From the IMG/VR virus record IMGVR_UViG_3300048587_001023, positions 1 through 55,554 of that record: a stretch of 55,554 nt of DNA; one strand, written 5' to 3'. This DNA is from a virus. Lineage: Duplodnaviria; Caudoviricetes. The notes beneath the pieces were generated by a model, which saw nothing but the letters and a program-made list of their open reading frames with translations, was not told the DNA's origin and did not search any database. Below, piece after piece: positions 28,684 to 37,461 of the stretch; the stretch's first letter is position 1; every line of letters starts with the position of its first letter. The position numbers and the translations under genes were made by a program.

Positions 28684-29528
28684 TGGCGCGCGTCGGCTTC
28701 AAGAACGCCTATGCGGCCGCGGCGTTCGACAAGCCCGCGGTGGCTGCCTTGTTCGACAGCATCAAGACCACGCTGATCGATGCCGGCTTTCAGGTCGTGC
28801 TCAACACGCCGAACGCCATCGACGTGGTGCCGATCGGGACCAATGCCGCGGTGCCGAATGACGACTCGCAGCACTGGGCCATCGCCTTCGAAGACCTTGG
28901 CGCGAACGGACAGATTCTCGCCAGCGCCGTGTTCGGCGCGAACTACCTCGACCCGGGCGCGCTGGTGAATACCCTCGCCGTGGTCAGTACCGAATGGCTC
29001 GATAGCCCGAGCCCGGCGCTGACCGTCTGGTTCGCCGCCGACGGCGCGGCCGGCTGGTGGTGGCTGCATGCCGCTATCGCAGACAGCAACAGCAGCACGG
29101 GCGTGGACACGCGCTTCGCCTGCGCTGGCGTCAGCACGCGGCGTTATCCCGCCGACCACTACCAAGGCCTCAGCACGCGCTACGGTCTGTGGGACCCGTG
29201 GGGCGATTTCTATCCGGCCTATGCCCGCCAGACCGACGGCGGTGTCGACTCCGGCGCCTGGACCGGCACCTGGTCGCTCTTCGGGGAAGGCTGGAGCTAC
29301 AACGCTCGGCGCCATCCCGGCTCACCGCTGCCCAAGATGGCGGTGCCGCAGTTCCCGAACCGCGATGGCAACGCTGCCTGCCTGTACGGCGAGTTCAACG
29401 AGATCCTGATTCTCACCGATGGCTATGCGCAGGAGGAAACAGTCCTGCCCGGCTGGGTGGCCATGATCGGCAGTGACAACGACCAACCCTTTGCGGTGCC
29501 GGCACCGCCGAGCTTCGCGCTGCTATGA
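28683..29528 (+). CDS. Hypothetical tail-region protein
   Basis: TGATG coupling; 281 aa, aromatic-rich. Confidence 0.7.
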   Translation: MARVGFKNAYAAAAFDKPAVAALFDSIKTTLIDAGFQVVLNTPNAIDVVPIGTNAAVPNDDSQHWAIAFEDLGANGQILASAVFGANYLDPGALVNTLAVVSTEWLDSPSPALTVWFAADGAAGWWWLHAAIADSNSSTGVDTRFACAGVSTRRYPADHYQGLSTRYGLWDPWGDFYPAYARQTDGGVDSGAWTGTWSLFGEGWSYNARRHPGSPLPKMAVPQFPNRDGNAACLYGEFNEILILTDGYAQEETVLPGWVAMIGSDNDQPFAVPAPPSFALL

Positions 29529-29602
29529 CAAAACGACAGGACTGGCGTTTTGCACGCCCGCAGGGCGCCCGTCAGGGTGGCGCACAGGGATGTGCGCCAT
29601 GA
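29525..29602 (+). repeat. 78-bp ATGA-to-ATGA junction element, copy 2
   Basis: Differs from copy 1 only at one hairpin-loop base (GAA vs GCA); reads MTKRQDWRFARPQGARQGGAQGCAP*. Confidence 0.9.
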
Positions 29603-31314
29603 CCATCGGTCATGCGCTCGCCCTGGAATTCGGGGCGGGCCTGCACATTGCCTCCGGCCGGCCGCGCCTCAAACGACAGTTCGTGGCCGCCTGGGGCAAG
29701 ACCGAAGTGTTCCTCGCTCAGGCGACCTGCTGGGATCTCACCCGTCAGCGCGCCTGGCAGCACCGCAGCGAGTGGGCCCTTCGCATGGCGCAACAGTTCC
29801 GCGGAATCTACGGCCTGCGCGTGGAGCGTGGCCTGCAGCATCCCTACGGCGAGTTGCGTCGGCATCGGCATCGGTGGATGGCGATCTATGGCGATCTGGC
29901 GGTGAGGTCCACTCGCTTCGCCGTGGCCTACGGCGATCAGATCACCGTCCGAATCAGCAATCACTTCGCAATCGTCTACAGCGGCCGCCGTGACGTGCGG
30001 GCGCAGCACCGCGCCGACTACGCGGCGGTCGCGTCGAGCACGATCCGCACCCGACTGACGCTTGCTTACGGCGCCACCACGCCGATCCGCGTCCAGCAAC
30101 GCGTCCCGTGGGGACTTTTGGCCGGCTGCAAGCAATCCGTGCGCATGCCCTATTGGCTCAGCACGCGCGTGGCCGCGCGCCAGGTCAGCGCCTACGCGAT
30201 CACCGACACCAATCCGGTGACGGGTGAGCTCGCCACCTCGTGGTCCTTGCTGGAAGACGCCCGCCTGCAGGCAGTGATGAATACGCCCGAGCTGACCTGG
30301 CGCGAGCGTCGCGTACCGATCATCGAAGCCACGCTGTCCTGCGATGAAGGCAGCCCGGTCTGGATGGCCAGCGTCGAGCTCGCGAGCACGGAGGATTTCG
30401 CCGCCATCGCTATTGGCGATCGCATCCGCCTCGTGCTCGGGCTGGAAGTCTTCGAGTTGATGGTGGATGGCAAAACCCTGTCGCGCAGTTCGCCGACCGA
30501 GCAACGCGCCGAGATCACGGCGCTATCGCCGCTGACGCTGCTGGATGCGCCGTTTGCGAGCACGTTGCGCTACTACGCCGCGGAACCTGTCTCTGCTCGC
30601 GGCGCGGTGACCGATTTGATCGGCACGGTCGATTGGCAGATGCCGGATTGGATCATCCCGGCCGGCCGCTTGCTGCTGGAAGGCACGACGCCGCTGGCGG
30701 CAGCACGCAGCATCGTGGCGGCCATCGGCGGCATCGTCGAGAGCCAGCCAGATGGCTCGGTGGTCTGCCGGCGCCGGCATCCGGTGAGCATTCCCGACTA
30801 TTTATGGGCCGGCGTCGCACACGCGCTGTTCGATGCCGATGTGCTGTCGGCGCAGGCGCAGATCTCGCCGTTGCGTGGCTTCAACCGGGTGACCGTGGCC
30901 AACGAGGACGGCGCCGGCGTATCCACGGGCGATCAACTCGAGTACGTGCCCGACGAAGACAGCAGCACGCTCGGCACGGTGCGCGCTTACCTGGGCATCG
31001 ATCGGCCGGTCGTGCTGGCGCATACCGGCCATCCGGCCACCGTTGTGACCAGCCTGAGCGCAGTCGTGCGCCGGGAGACGGAAGTCGTCGAGTTCATCGA
31101 AGGTCGCGCACGCACGCGCTATCCAGTGACCACCATCGAATCGCTGGACTGGCAGCACGCCGGGCTCGGCGATGTCACCTACGCAGGCACCCGCCTCGAT
31201 GCCGCGACCGCGGGCTACAGCCTGCTCCGCATCACCTACACCACCACCTCGTTGAACTGGCGCGTGGGCCTGTCGGCCGACGAAGACGTCCAGTTCGTGC
31301 TCGTCGATTCGTGA
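29599..31314 (+). CDS. Tail protein with about 14-aa Y/W-G repeats and a hub-like C-terminal region
   Basis: Periodic ...YG/WG repeats in the N-terminal third; IVAAIGGIVESQPDGSVV segment. Confidence 0.7.
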   Translation: MTIGHALALEFGAGLHIASGRPRLKRQFVAAWGKTEVFLAQATCWDLTRQRAWQHRSEWALRMAQQFRGIYGLRVERGLQHPYGELRRHRHRWMAIYGDLAVRSTRFAVAYGDQITVRISNHFAIVYSGRRDVRAQHRADYAAVASSTIRTRLTLAYGATTPIRVQQRVPWGLLAGCKQSVRMPYWLSTRVAARQVSAYAITDTNPVTGELATSWSLLEDARLQAVMNTPELTWRERRVPIIEATLSCDEGSPVWMASVELASTEDFAAIAIGDRIRLVLGLEVFELMVDGKTLSRSSPTEQRAEITALSPLTLLDAPFASTLRYYAAEPVSARGAVTDLIGTVDWQMPDWIIPAGRLLLEGTTPLAAARSIVAAIGGIVESQPDGSVVCRRRHPVSIPDYLWAGVAHALFDADVLSAQAQISPLRGFNRVTVANEDGAGVSTGDQLEYVPDEDSSTLGTVRAYLGIDRPVVLAHTGHPATVVTSLSAVVRRETEVVEFIEGRARTRYPVTTIESLDWQHAGLGDVTYAGTRLDAATAGYSLLRITYTTTSLNWRVGLSADEDVQFVLVDS

Positions 31315-31323
31315 GGACCCTGC

Positions 31324-31836
31324 ATGGCCAACGCCACCATTCGAGTTCAATTCGGCAGTCCAGACGGCGCCGGCGGCGCCGCGGGCGCACACCTGTCGGC
31401 GGAAGTCGACACCCGCCCCGAAGGCCTCAACGGCGGACGCTCGTCCTTCAGTCCGGGCGAAACCGCCTACATCCTGGTTTATAAGTCCGACAACGTCAGC
31501 ATCACCGACACGATCTGCTCGGCCGGATCGCTCACGGCGCAAGGCAGCGCCGTGGTGCCGGTGACCGAGGAACTGATGTTCGAGGATTCCGAGATCGCGA
31601 CGCTCGGCAAACCCGCACGCTCCGGCCTGTCGCAGTCGGTCTGGTACGGGCGCAGCCTCGGTGCGCTCACCCTGCAGTCGGACAAGGTGACGATCCGCGC
31701 GGCAAGCAAGGGCGTGGCGGTGGCCAAGGTCACCTACGACGCCTTGGCCATGGTCTATGCCCTGACATCGCCCGCCACCCTCAACGGCGAAACCGACTTC
31801 AGCATCCTCGCCTTGATCAAGGGCAGCGCCACATGA
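31324..31836 (+). CDS. Hypothetical tail protein
   Basis: RBS GAGGA; coupled to the next gene. Confidence 0.7.
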   Translation: MANATIRVQFGSPDGAGGAAGAHLSAEVDTRPEGLNGGRSSFSPGETAYILVYKSDNVSITDTICSAGSLTAQGSAVVPVTEELMFEDSEIATLGKPARSGLSQSVWYGRSLGALTLQSDKVTIRAASKGVAVAKVTYDALAMVYALTSPATLNGETDFSILALIKGSAT

Positions 31837-32129
31837 TCATCGAGGTCTACCGCGGCGACGGCCTGCGCGAAGGCCTGCCGATCATCGAGCCGCTGCTGTC
31901 CGACGACGCGCTGATCCATCGCGGTCGCGCCGAGATGGATGCCCACGCCCACACCATGAACCGAGTTGATCTGGCGGTCGTCTTCCGGCCTGGGTTTCGC
32001 CTCGGACAACTCATCGAAGCGACCGACCCGACCAGCGCCCACGCCTATCGCGCCAAGGTGACCGGTATCCAGATCCGGGTGACCCAGGCCGCCATCGACA
32101 CCCGCTTGAATCTGGAGCAACCGCGATGA
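31833..32129 (+). CDS. Hypothetical tail protein (hub-fragment-like)
   Basis: ATGA overlaps on both sides; RGRAEMD...RLGQLIE. Confidence 0.65.
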   Translation: MIIEVYRGDGLREGLPIIEPLLSDDALIHRGRAEMDAHAHTMNRVDLAVVFRPGFRLGQLIEATDPTSAHAYRAKVTGIQIRVTQAAIDTRLNLEQPR

Positions 32130-32344
32130 GCTTCGCCCTGCAGGAACTCTCGCGCTTACTCACGACCGAGCGCCCGCTGGTCGGCAGCGTCGTCTCGGTC
32201 GACGGCGCGCAGGTCAAGGTCGCCACGGCACGCGGAGCAATCAGCGCCCGTGCGCTCGAGGCCCTGGCGGTCGGCGACCGCGTGCACCTCCACAACGGCA
32301 TCGCCTCCCGCGCGCCCACCGCCCACCAAGCATTTCCCGTCTGA
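32126..32344 (+). CDS. Small OB-fold-like tail protein
   Basis: GSVVSVDG...LAVGDRVHLHNG. Confidence 0.6.
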   Translation: MSFALQELSRLLTTERPLVGSVVSVDGAQVKVATARGAISARALEALAVGDRVHLHNGIASRAPTAHQAFPV

Positions 32345-32373
32345 CCCGCAGCCCCCATCCCCGCGCTACCACC

Positions 32374-32400
32374 ACCCGCCCGCGAGGCGGGTTTTTCATT
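32374..32400 (+). terminator. Intrinsic terminator after the tail genes
   Basis: ACCCGCC-CGCGA-GGCGGGT followed by TTTTCATTT. Confidence 0.6.
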
Positions 32401-32414
32401 TCTGGAGACCGCCC

Positions 32415-32714
32415 ATGATCGAGCCCGAACGCCCGCATCCCACCGAAAACATCCTCACGTTGCGCCGTGAGGACTTCGACCACCTGCTCGATCTCGCCGC
32501 CGAACGCGGCGTCGAACGCGTGCTGGCACACCTCGGCCTGGAGAACGGCCACGCCGCCCGCGACATCCGCGAACTGCGCGACCTGCTCGCCGCCTGGCGC
32601 GACGCCCGGCGCACCGCCTGGCAGACCTTTATCAAGGTGGTGACCACCGGCGTGCTCGCCGCCTTACTGGTCGGCGCCGCCATCAAGCTCAAGCTGCTCG
32701 GAGGTGCCCAGTGA
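32415..32714 (+). CDS. DUF6127-like membrane protein (lysis module)
   Basis: DIRELRDLLAAWRDARRTAW plus one C-terminal hydrophobic helix. Confidence 0.75.
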   Translation: MIEPERPHPTENILTLRREDFDHLLDLAAERGVERVLAHLGLENGHAARDIRELRDLLAAWRDARRTAWQTFIKVVTTGVLAALLVGAAIKLKLLGGAQ

Positions 32715-33187
32715 TCGAGACCCTACTCGGCGGCCTGATGGGCGGCCTGTTCCGACTCGCCCCCGAAGTGCTCAAGTGGCTCGACCGCAAAGGCGAGCGC
32801 GGCCACGAACTGGCCATGCAGGACAAAGCCCTGGAGTTCGAGAAGCTGCGCGGCGCGCAGAAGATGGCCGAGATCGGTGCCACCGCCGAAGCAGCCTGGA
32901 ACACCGGCGCCCTGGCCAGCCTGCGCGAAGCCATTTCCGCCCAAGGCCAGCGCTCGGGCATCGGCTGGGCCGACGCCTTGTCGGTCAGCGTCCGCCCGAT
33001 CATCACCTATTGGTTCATGGCCCTGTACTGCGCAGCCAAAACTGCAGCCTTCGTTTCCTCCGTTGAACACGGCCTGCAGTGGGGTGACGCCGTTGTCCTG
33101 GCCTGGACCGACGCCGACCAGGCCCTGTGGGCCGGCGTGCTGAACTTCTGGTTCCTTGGGCGCGTCTTCGATCGGGTGAGCCGGTGA
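32711..33187 (+). CDS. Holin-like membrane protein
   Basis: SVRPIITY...LNFWFLGR; hydrophobic segments; directly before the lysozyme. Confidence 0.65.
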   Translation: MIETLLGGLMGGLFRLAPEVLKWLDRKGERGHELAMQDKALEFEKLRGAQKMAEIGATAEAAWNTGALASLREAISAQGQRSGIGWADALSVSVRPIITYWFMALYCAAKTAAFVSSVEHGLQWGDAVVLAWTDADQALWAGVLNFWFLGRVFDRVSR

Positions 33188-33645
33188 TCGCGGTTCCACA
33201 GTCCGCGATCGATCTGGCCAAGCGCTTCGAAGGGTTCCACCGGGCTCCGAAATCGGACCCCGGCCGGGCCCATCCCTATCTGTGTCCGGCCGGGTATTGG
33301 ACCATCGGCTACGGCCATCTATGCGCGCAGGACCATCCGCCGATCACGCTGGCCGAGGCGGAGCAATACCTCGCCGGCGATCTGCAGTCGGCGCTCGTCG
33401 CCACGCTGAGGCTGTGCCCGGTGCTGGCCACCGAGCCCCAGGGGCGTATGGCGGCTATAGTCGACTTCACCTTCAACCTGGGCGCCGGGCGGCTGCAAAC
33501 ATCGACGCTACGCCTGCGGGTAAACCAGAAGGACTGGACAGGCGCGGAGAGGGAGTTGAAGCGCTGGGTCTACGGTGGCGGAAAGGTCCTGCCTGGGCTC
33601 GTGGCTCGACGACAGGCCGAAGTGGAGCTTCTCGCGGCAGACTAG
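33184..33645 (+). CDS. Phage lysozyme (GH24 endolysin)
   Basis: FEG...YLCPAGYWTIGYGH, FNLG, LPGLVARR. Confidence 0.92.
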   Translation: MIAVPQSAIDLAKRFEGFHRAPKSDPGRAHPYLCPAGYWTIGYGHLCAQDHPPITLAEAEQYLAGDLQSALVATLRLCPVLATEPQGRMAAIVDFTFNLGAGRLQTSTLRLRVNQKDWTGAERELKRWVYGGGKVLPGLVARRQAEVELLAAD

Positions 33646-33678
33646 GGTCGACTTCGAATCAGTTGGATTTGACCCGCG

Positions 33679-35781
33679 CTACGGTTTCAAGTCGCCCAGA
33701 AACTCCGACTCCGGCGACACGCCGGACGCATGCAAAAACTCGCGCGCCCGTGTGCACGCCACGTAGAGCAAATGGCGTTCCGTCGCGTAAACCTCGTCGA
33801 GATCGCTCTCGTCGCTCACGCTCTCGATACGGGATTGCAGCGGGATAACCTCATCGTCGCACGCCATGACTGCCACAGCGCGAAACTCCAGGCCCTTGGC
33901 AAAGTGCATGGACGCGATTGATGCCTTCCCGACCACCGACTGCACTTTTTCGTCCAGCACGACGAAGGGCAACCCCGCGCGTTGCAGCGCCTGTTCGGCG
34001 CGATCCAGTTCAGCGGCGCTGCGAACGAACACGCCGATTTCATGCGGAGCCAGTCGTGCCTCGGATTGAGCCTTGAGCCAATCGCCCACGCCTTCGATCT
34101 CCAGCGTTTGCGACTTGAACTCGCGCACGGTAGGCGCCGGGCCATTGAACACTGACACCGTGCCCTTACGGGACTCGGTGTTGCCGTCCACATCGGCGAT
34201 CTCGTCGGCGAGCAGCCGGTCCGCCCGCGCCCGAATCTGATGCGAAGTGCGGTAGTTGACGATCAGTGTTCGCGAGCGACCACGGACATCCACGCCGAGA
34301 GACTTCCACGAGAACGCTGTCTGGAAAATGCGCTGACCCAGGTCGCCTGCGAAGAACAGTGCATTCGGGCGCGCACCGCCCACTGCGGCTAGAAACTTCA
34401 ATTGCGCCACCGACACGTCCTGTGCCTCATCCAACACCACATGCTCGAACGGCGGATGCTTGCGTTTGGGTACTTCGCCCGCCAGCCGCGTGAAGACACC
34501 CGCCATCGAAACCAGTCCTTCGGCCTTCAGTTCCTGCCGGACAGCGTCGAACACCGACCACAACGTCGATCGCTGTGCGTCAGACAATCGGGTCTTGCGC
34601 CCCAGCCGCTTGACGTCTCGGTAGTCCTCCCACGTTTCCAACTGCCACGCATCGACGACCTGCTGCCACTCGCCGAAAAGAAAGGCCTCACTGAAGCGTG
34701 AACTGGATCCCCCCGCGCCATGTTTCGCCAGTCGCGCCTTCACATCGGCGATGGTCGCGAGCCGAGCCTTGCCGAAACTGGCCTCGTAAAGCCGCAGGCC
34801 CACCGCATCCAGTGCGGCGACTTCGATGCGCTCGCCCAGCCTCGGCTCCGAGCTGATCAGGTGTCGCAACTTCGCGCGCAGTGCAGTCGCAAGACCTTCA
34901 GAAAACGTGGTCAACAGCACCCGCGCATCGGGATTGGCGCGCACCAGGTGGGCCGCACGATGCAGAGCCACTATGGTCTTGCCGGTGCCAGCCGAGCCGG
35001 AAACGCGCGCCGGGCCGTTGTAGTCGCGGTGGACGAACTGACGCTGATCCGGATGCAGGAAGATTGTCCACTTCTCCCATGGCGCCTCGAAAGCGCGCTC
35101 AAGCTCCTCCACGTTCGCAACGACGCGGAAGCGGCGCAGTGCGTCGGGGTGCTCGAAGGGATCGGCATTCGGCGCCACGGCCACCGGCGCCACCTTGGGC
35201 ATGCCGCCGGTCGCCAGTTCCAAGAGGGCTTCGCCTGCCTCGGCGGGAAGATGGTCGACCAAGTCGAGTAGGGAATCCTCGTCGGCGCCGCGCACTTCAT
35301 CCAGCCATTCCGCCGGCACACCGAAACCGAGCAGCAACTGCTCCGGCGTCTGGGCGAACAGCAGGGGCTTTAGCGTGCGCCTGGCCGCCATTGCGTGCAC
35401 CGGTGCAGGTGCCTCCACCTCGACCACTTTCCGCACGCGGATTTCCTCCACGCGCTCGCGTACCTCCACGAACTGCGCCGCGCCCGTGGTCGGGTGCACT
35501 TCCAGCTTGCGCCGCTCGGCCCATGCATAGGCCTTGTCGTGATGATCGACAAAGCACAGCAGCAGGCTGCTGGCGGACTTGTGCACGATCAGCCGGAGAT
35601 CAGCGCCGACCCGAACTGACCAGAATCGCGGGTCCTTGGCACGGTCGAGCTTGTGGAAGCTCATGCCAGGACTGGATGGATTGAGCTGCAAGTCGAAGGC
35701 GGTGGTCTTGACCGCCTTCTGCTCGTCCCCGGTTAGCCGCGCGAGACTATCGGTGAAAGTGTCGGCAATGCGGAAATCCAT
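33679..35781 (-). CDS. UvrD-like SF1 helicase with N-terminal RelE/ParE-like domain
   Basis: GSAGTGKT, LDEAQD, GDLGQRI, NYR, AKGLEF, YVACTRAR; N-terminal PGMSFHKL...WSVRV...DHHDKAY. Confidence 0.85.
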   Translation of the reverse strand: MDFRIADTFTDSLARLTGDEQKAVKTTAFDLQLNPSSPGMSFHKLDRAKDPRFWSVRVGADLRLIVHKSASSLLLCFVDHHDKAYAWAERRKLEVHPTTGAAQFVEVRERVEEIRVRKVVEVEAPAPVHAMAARRTLKPLLFAQTPEQLLLGFGVPAEWLDEVRGADEDSLLDLVDHLPAEAGEALLELATGGMPKVAPVAVAPNADPFEHPDALRRFRVVANVEELERAFEAPWEKWTIFLHPDQRQFVHRDYNGPARVSGSAGTGKTIVALHRAAHLVRANPDARVLLTTFSEGLATALRAKLRHLISSEPRLGERIEVAALDAVGLRLYEASFGKARLATIADVKARLAKHGAGGSSSRFSEAFLFGEWQQVVDAWQLETWEDYRDVKRLGRKTRLSDAQRSTLWSVFDAVRQELKAEGLVSMAGVFTRLAGEVPKRKHPPFEHVVLDEAQDVSVAQLKFLAAVGGARPNALFFAGDLGQRIFQTAFSWKSLGVDVRGRSRTLIVNYRTSHQIRARADRLLADEIADVDGNTESRKGTVSVFNGPAPTVREFKSQTLEIEGVGDWLKAQSEARLAPHEIGVFVRSAAELDRAEQALQRAGLPFVVLDEKVQSVVGKASIASMHFAKGLEFRAVAVMACDDEVIPLQSRIESVSDESDLDEVYATERHLLYVACTRAREFLHASGVSPESEFLGDLKP

Positions 35782-36222
35782 TCAGACAGGACTCCACTCT
35801 TGCCCGTCATTGAAAAGTAGCGGCGCCTTGGAAGCACGCGCCAACTGCAGAGCGCACTCCTTCTGCTTCGCCTTCTGCTCGTCCGGATCGCTGTCGTTCC
35901 AAGCCCAACCGCGAATTACCGCATGCCGTTCAGGAGGTTCTGATGAGGCAATCGAAAGGAGTGCCGCACGCACATCGCTTGCTTGGAACATTGCCGCGCC
36001 GTAAAGCTTGCGTCCATTCGCCGCAGCCGCACCAAGGGCACGAAGCGTTTCAAGTGGCTCGCGTCCGTGACGAGAAACCGATGTTTCGCGGTCCCTCTTC
36101 CCCGGAAGGAACACGCTTGGATCGACTTGCTGCTTTGAAAAGTGGCTGCTCTGGGTCAAGAAACGAGCGATCTGCTCGTCGTCTCCAACCGCTTCAGGCA
36201 GCCCAGAGGACAGCAACGTCAT
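35782..36222 (-). CDS. Hypothetical protein, possible ADP-ribosyltransferase-fold toxin
   Basis: EQIARF...FLP...TSVSR...HAVI pattern (R, SxS, H). Confidence 0.5.
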   Translation of the reverse strand: MTLLSSGLPEAVGDDEQIARFLTQSSHFSKQQVDPSVFLPGKRDRETSVSRHGREPLETLRALGAAAANGRKLYGAAMFQASDVRAALLSIASSEPPERHAVIRGWAWNDSDPDEQKAKQKECALQLARASKAPLLFNDGQEWSPV

Positions 36223-36727
36223 TGGAGATGATGGCTCTCAGATTGGACAAGAATCTTGCCGGCAGGGACGGCGCACGGAATCGCTCAACCGCATGCCCCT
36301 TGTCCGAGCCGTCGATCCATGCATAAGCAAGTCTCTCCGAGCCCGATACGCTAACGGAGAACATGCGATCTCGCGTGGCAGTCCAAGTCAGAGAAATGGC
36401 CCCGTCCGGGTCAATCCCCACTTGCGGCAACTGCAGGTCATCCGGCAGGGCGAGCAAAAGTTGTCGTGCATTGCGAAGCGCATCCGCCGGAACGGCGTCT
36501 TGATCGTCATCTATCACCAACGATTCCACGACTTCGGACATACGCGACAACGCCGTCGCCTTGTTGCCGTACAGAACCTCTGAGCCCTCGCGGTCGCGGA
36601 GAACCCGAGACGCGGCTTTGCAGACTTGAATCGCCTCATCCGAGGTAGCGCTGGTCGCGCACTCATACCCCGCCAACGCGGAGTACCCAAGACACAATGC
36701 AGCAGCTACTGGAACAGGCTTAAACAT
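36194..36727 (-). CDS. Hypothetical protein (candidate antitoxin)
   Basis: LP...DPDGAISLTW...FSVSV...YAW; overlaps both neighbours. Confidence 0.6.
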   Translation of the reverse strand: MFKPVPVAAALCLGYSALAGYECATSATSDEAIQVCKAASRVLRDREGSEVLYGNKATALSRMSEVVESLVIDDDQDAVPADALRNARQLLLALPDDLQLPQVGIDPDGAISLTWTATRDRMFSVSVSGSERLAYAWIDGSDKGHAVERFRAPSLPARFLSNLRAIISNDVAVLWAA

Positions 36728-37461
36728 TTGTCTGTCAACGTATTCTGAAACACCCGGTTTTTCAAGCCCCGCAGACCCTGTAACGTGCGTTCGAGCGTTG
36801 GCCAGTCATCCGGTATAAATGGCCTGTCCGCTTTCGCGGAGATGTCGAAGATGACGGGCAGTTTGTCGTCCCTAGCTGCCTCCGCGGTGAGCACCGTATT
36901 CACTTGGAAGCCAGTGTTTGTCTCGACTGCGAGGCTTTGATTCAAGAAGCCTGAGAACGCCAGCCCGCTGTTCTCCGGCAGCTTCGGGCCGCTCTTGAAA
37001 TAGTCATCGAGATTGACGGCACCATCTGACATAGGAAGCTGGATACGGTTGATGTATCGCAACTGCACAGCCCGGACCTGCACTGGCTTTGCAATGCCGC
37101 GATATAGCTCCCACGACCTACGGATCTCGGGAAGGTAATCGTCCAGGCTGGCATACGGGGCAAGTCGGTTAAACGAGTAGCCACCTCGACGAATCTGAAC
37201 GATCTGCAGCTCATCGTCCTGCAGAAATTGTAACGCCTGTAATGTGCTATTCGTCGATTTATCAGTGATACCACCCGAAGTGGCCTCTAGCTTGAGCTCC
37301 TGCAAGAGCTGCTTGCGCAACTTTGGATAGCTTTGCCTAAGCGCATCTCGGCTCGACGCTTCGATATCCAGCAAGCTGAACTTAGGCTCCAGATCGCAAT
37401 CGATATCGAGCACGGCTTCGACAATCGGCGGGTTACGAAGGTTCAAGGTTACTGCGGTCAT
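36706..37461 (-). CDS. TIGR04255 family protein
   Basis: NPPIVEAVLDI, NRLAPY, LRYINRI, FDI motifs; about 250 aa. Confidence 0.8.
   Translation of the reverse strand: MTAVTLNLRNPPIVEAVLDIDCDLEPKFSLLDIEASSRDALRQSYPKLRKQLLQELKLEATSGGITDKSTNSTLQALQFLQDDELQIVQIRRGGYSFNRLAPYASLDDYLPEIRRSWELYRGIAKPVQVRAVQLRYINRIQLPMSDGAVNLDDYFKSGPKLPENSGLAFSGFLNQSLAVETNTGFQVNTVLTAEAARDDKLPVIFDISAKADRPFIPDDWPTLERTLQGLRGLKNRVFQNTLTDKCLSLFQ

Larger units (their letters stand above)
1..33645 (+). mobile_element. Lambda-like prophage (replication, packaging, head, tail, lysis modules); left end outside window, right end possibly near 51.0 kb
   Basis: Syntenic primase/helicase, GpA terminase, gpW, lambda-type portal, S49 protease, decoration protein, major capsid, tail tube, tape measure and lysozyme genes, with many ATGA/TGATG overlaps. 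Confidence 0.95.

Noticed and set aside
21390-29602. The 78-bp repeat pair as a DGR template/variable repeat or invertible-segment ends
   Set aside because: No reverse transcriptase or invertase in the window; the copies are direct, intergenic and differ at only one base.
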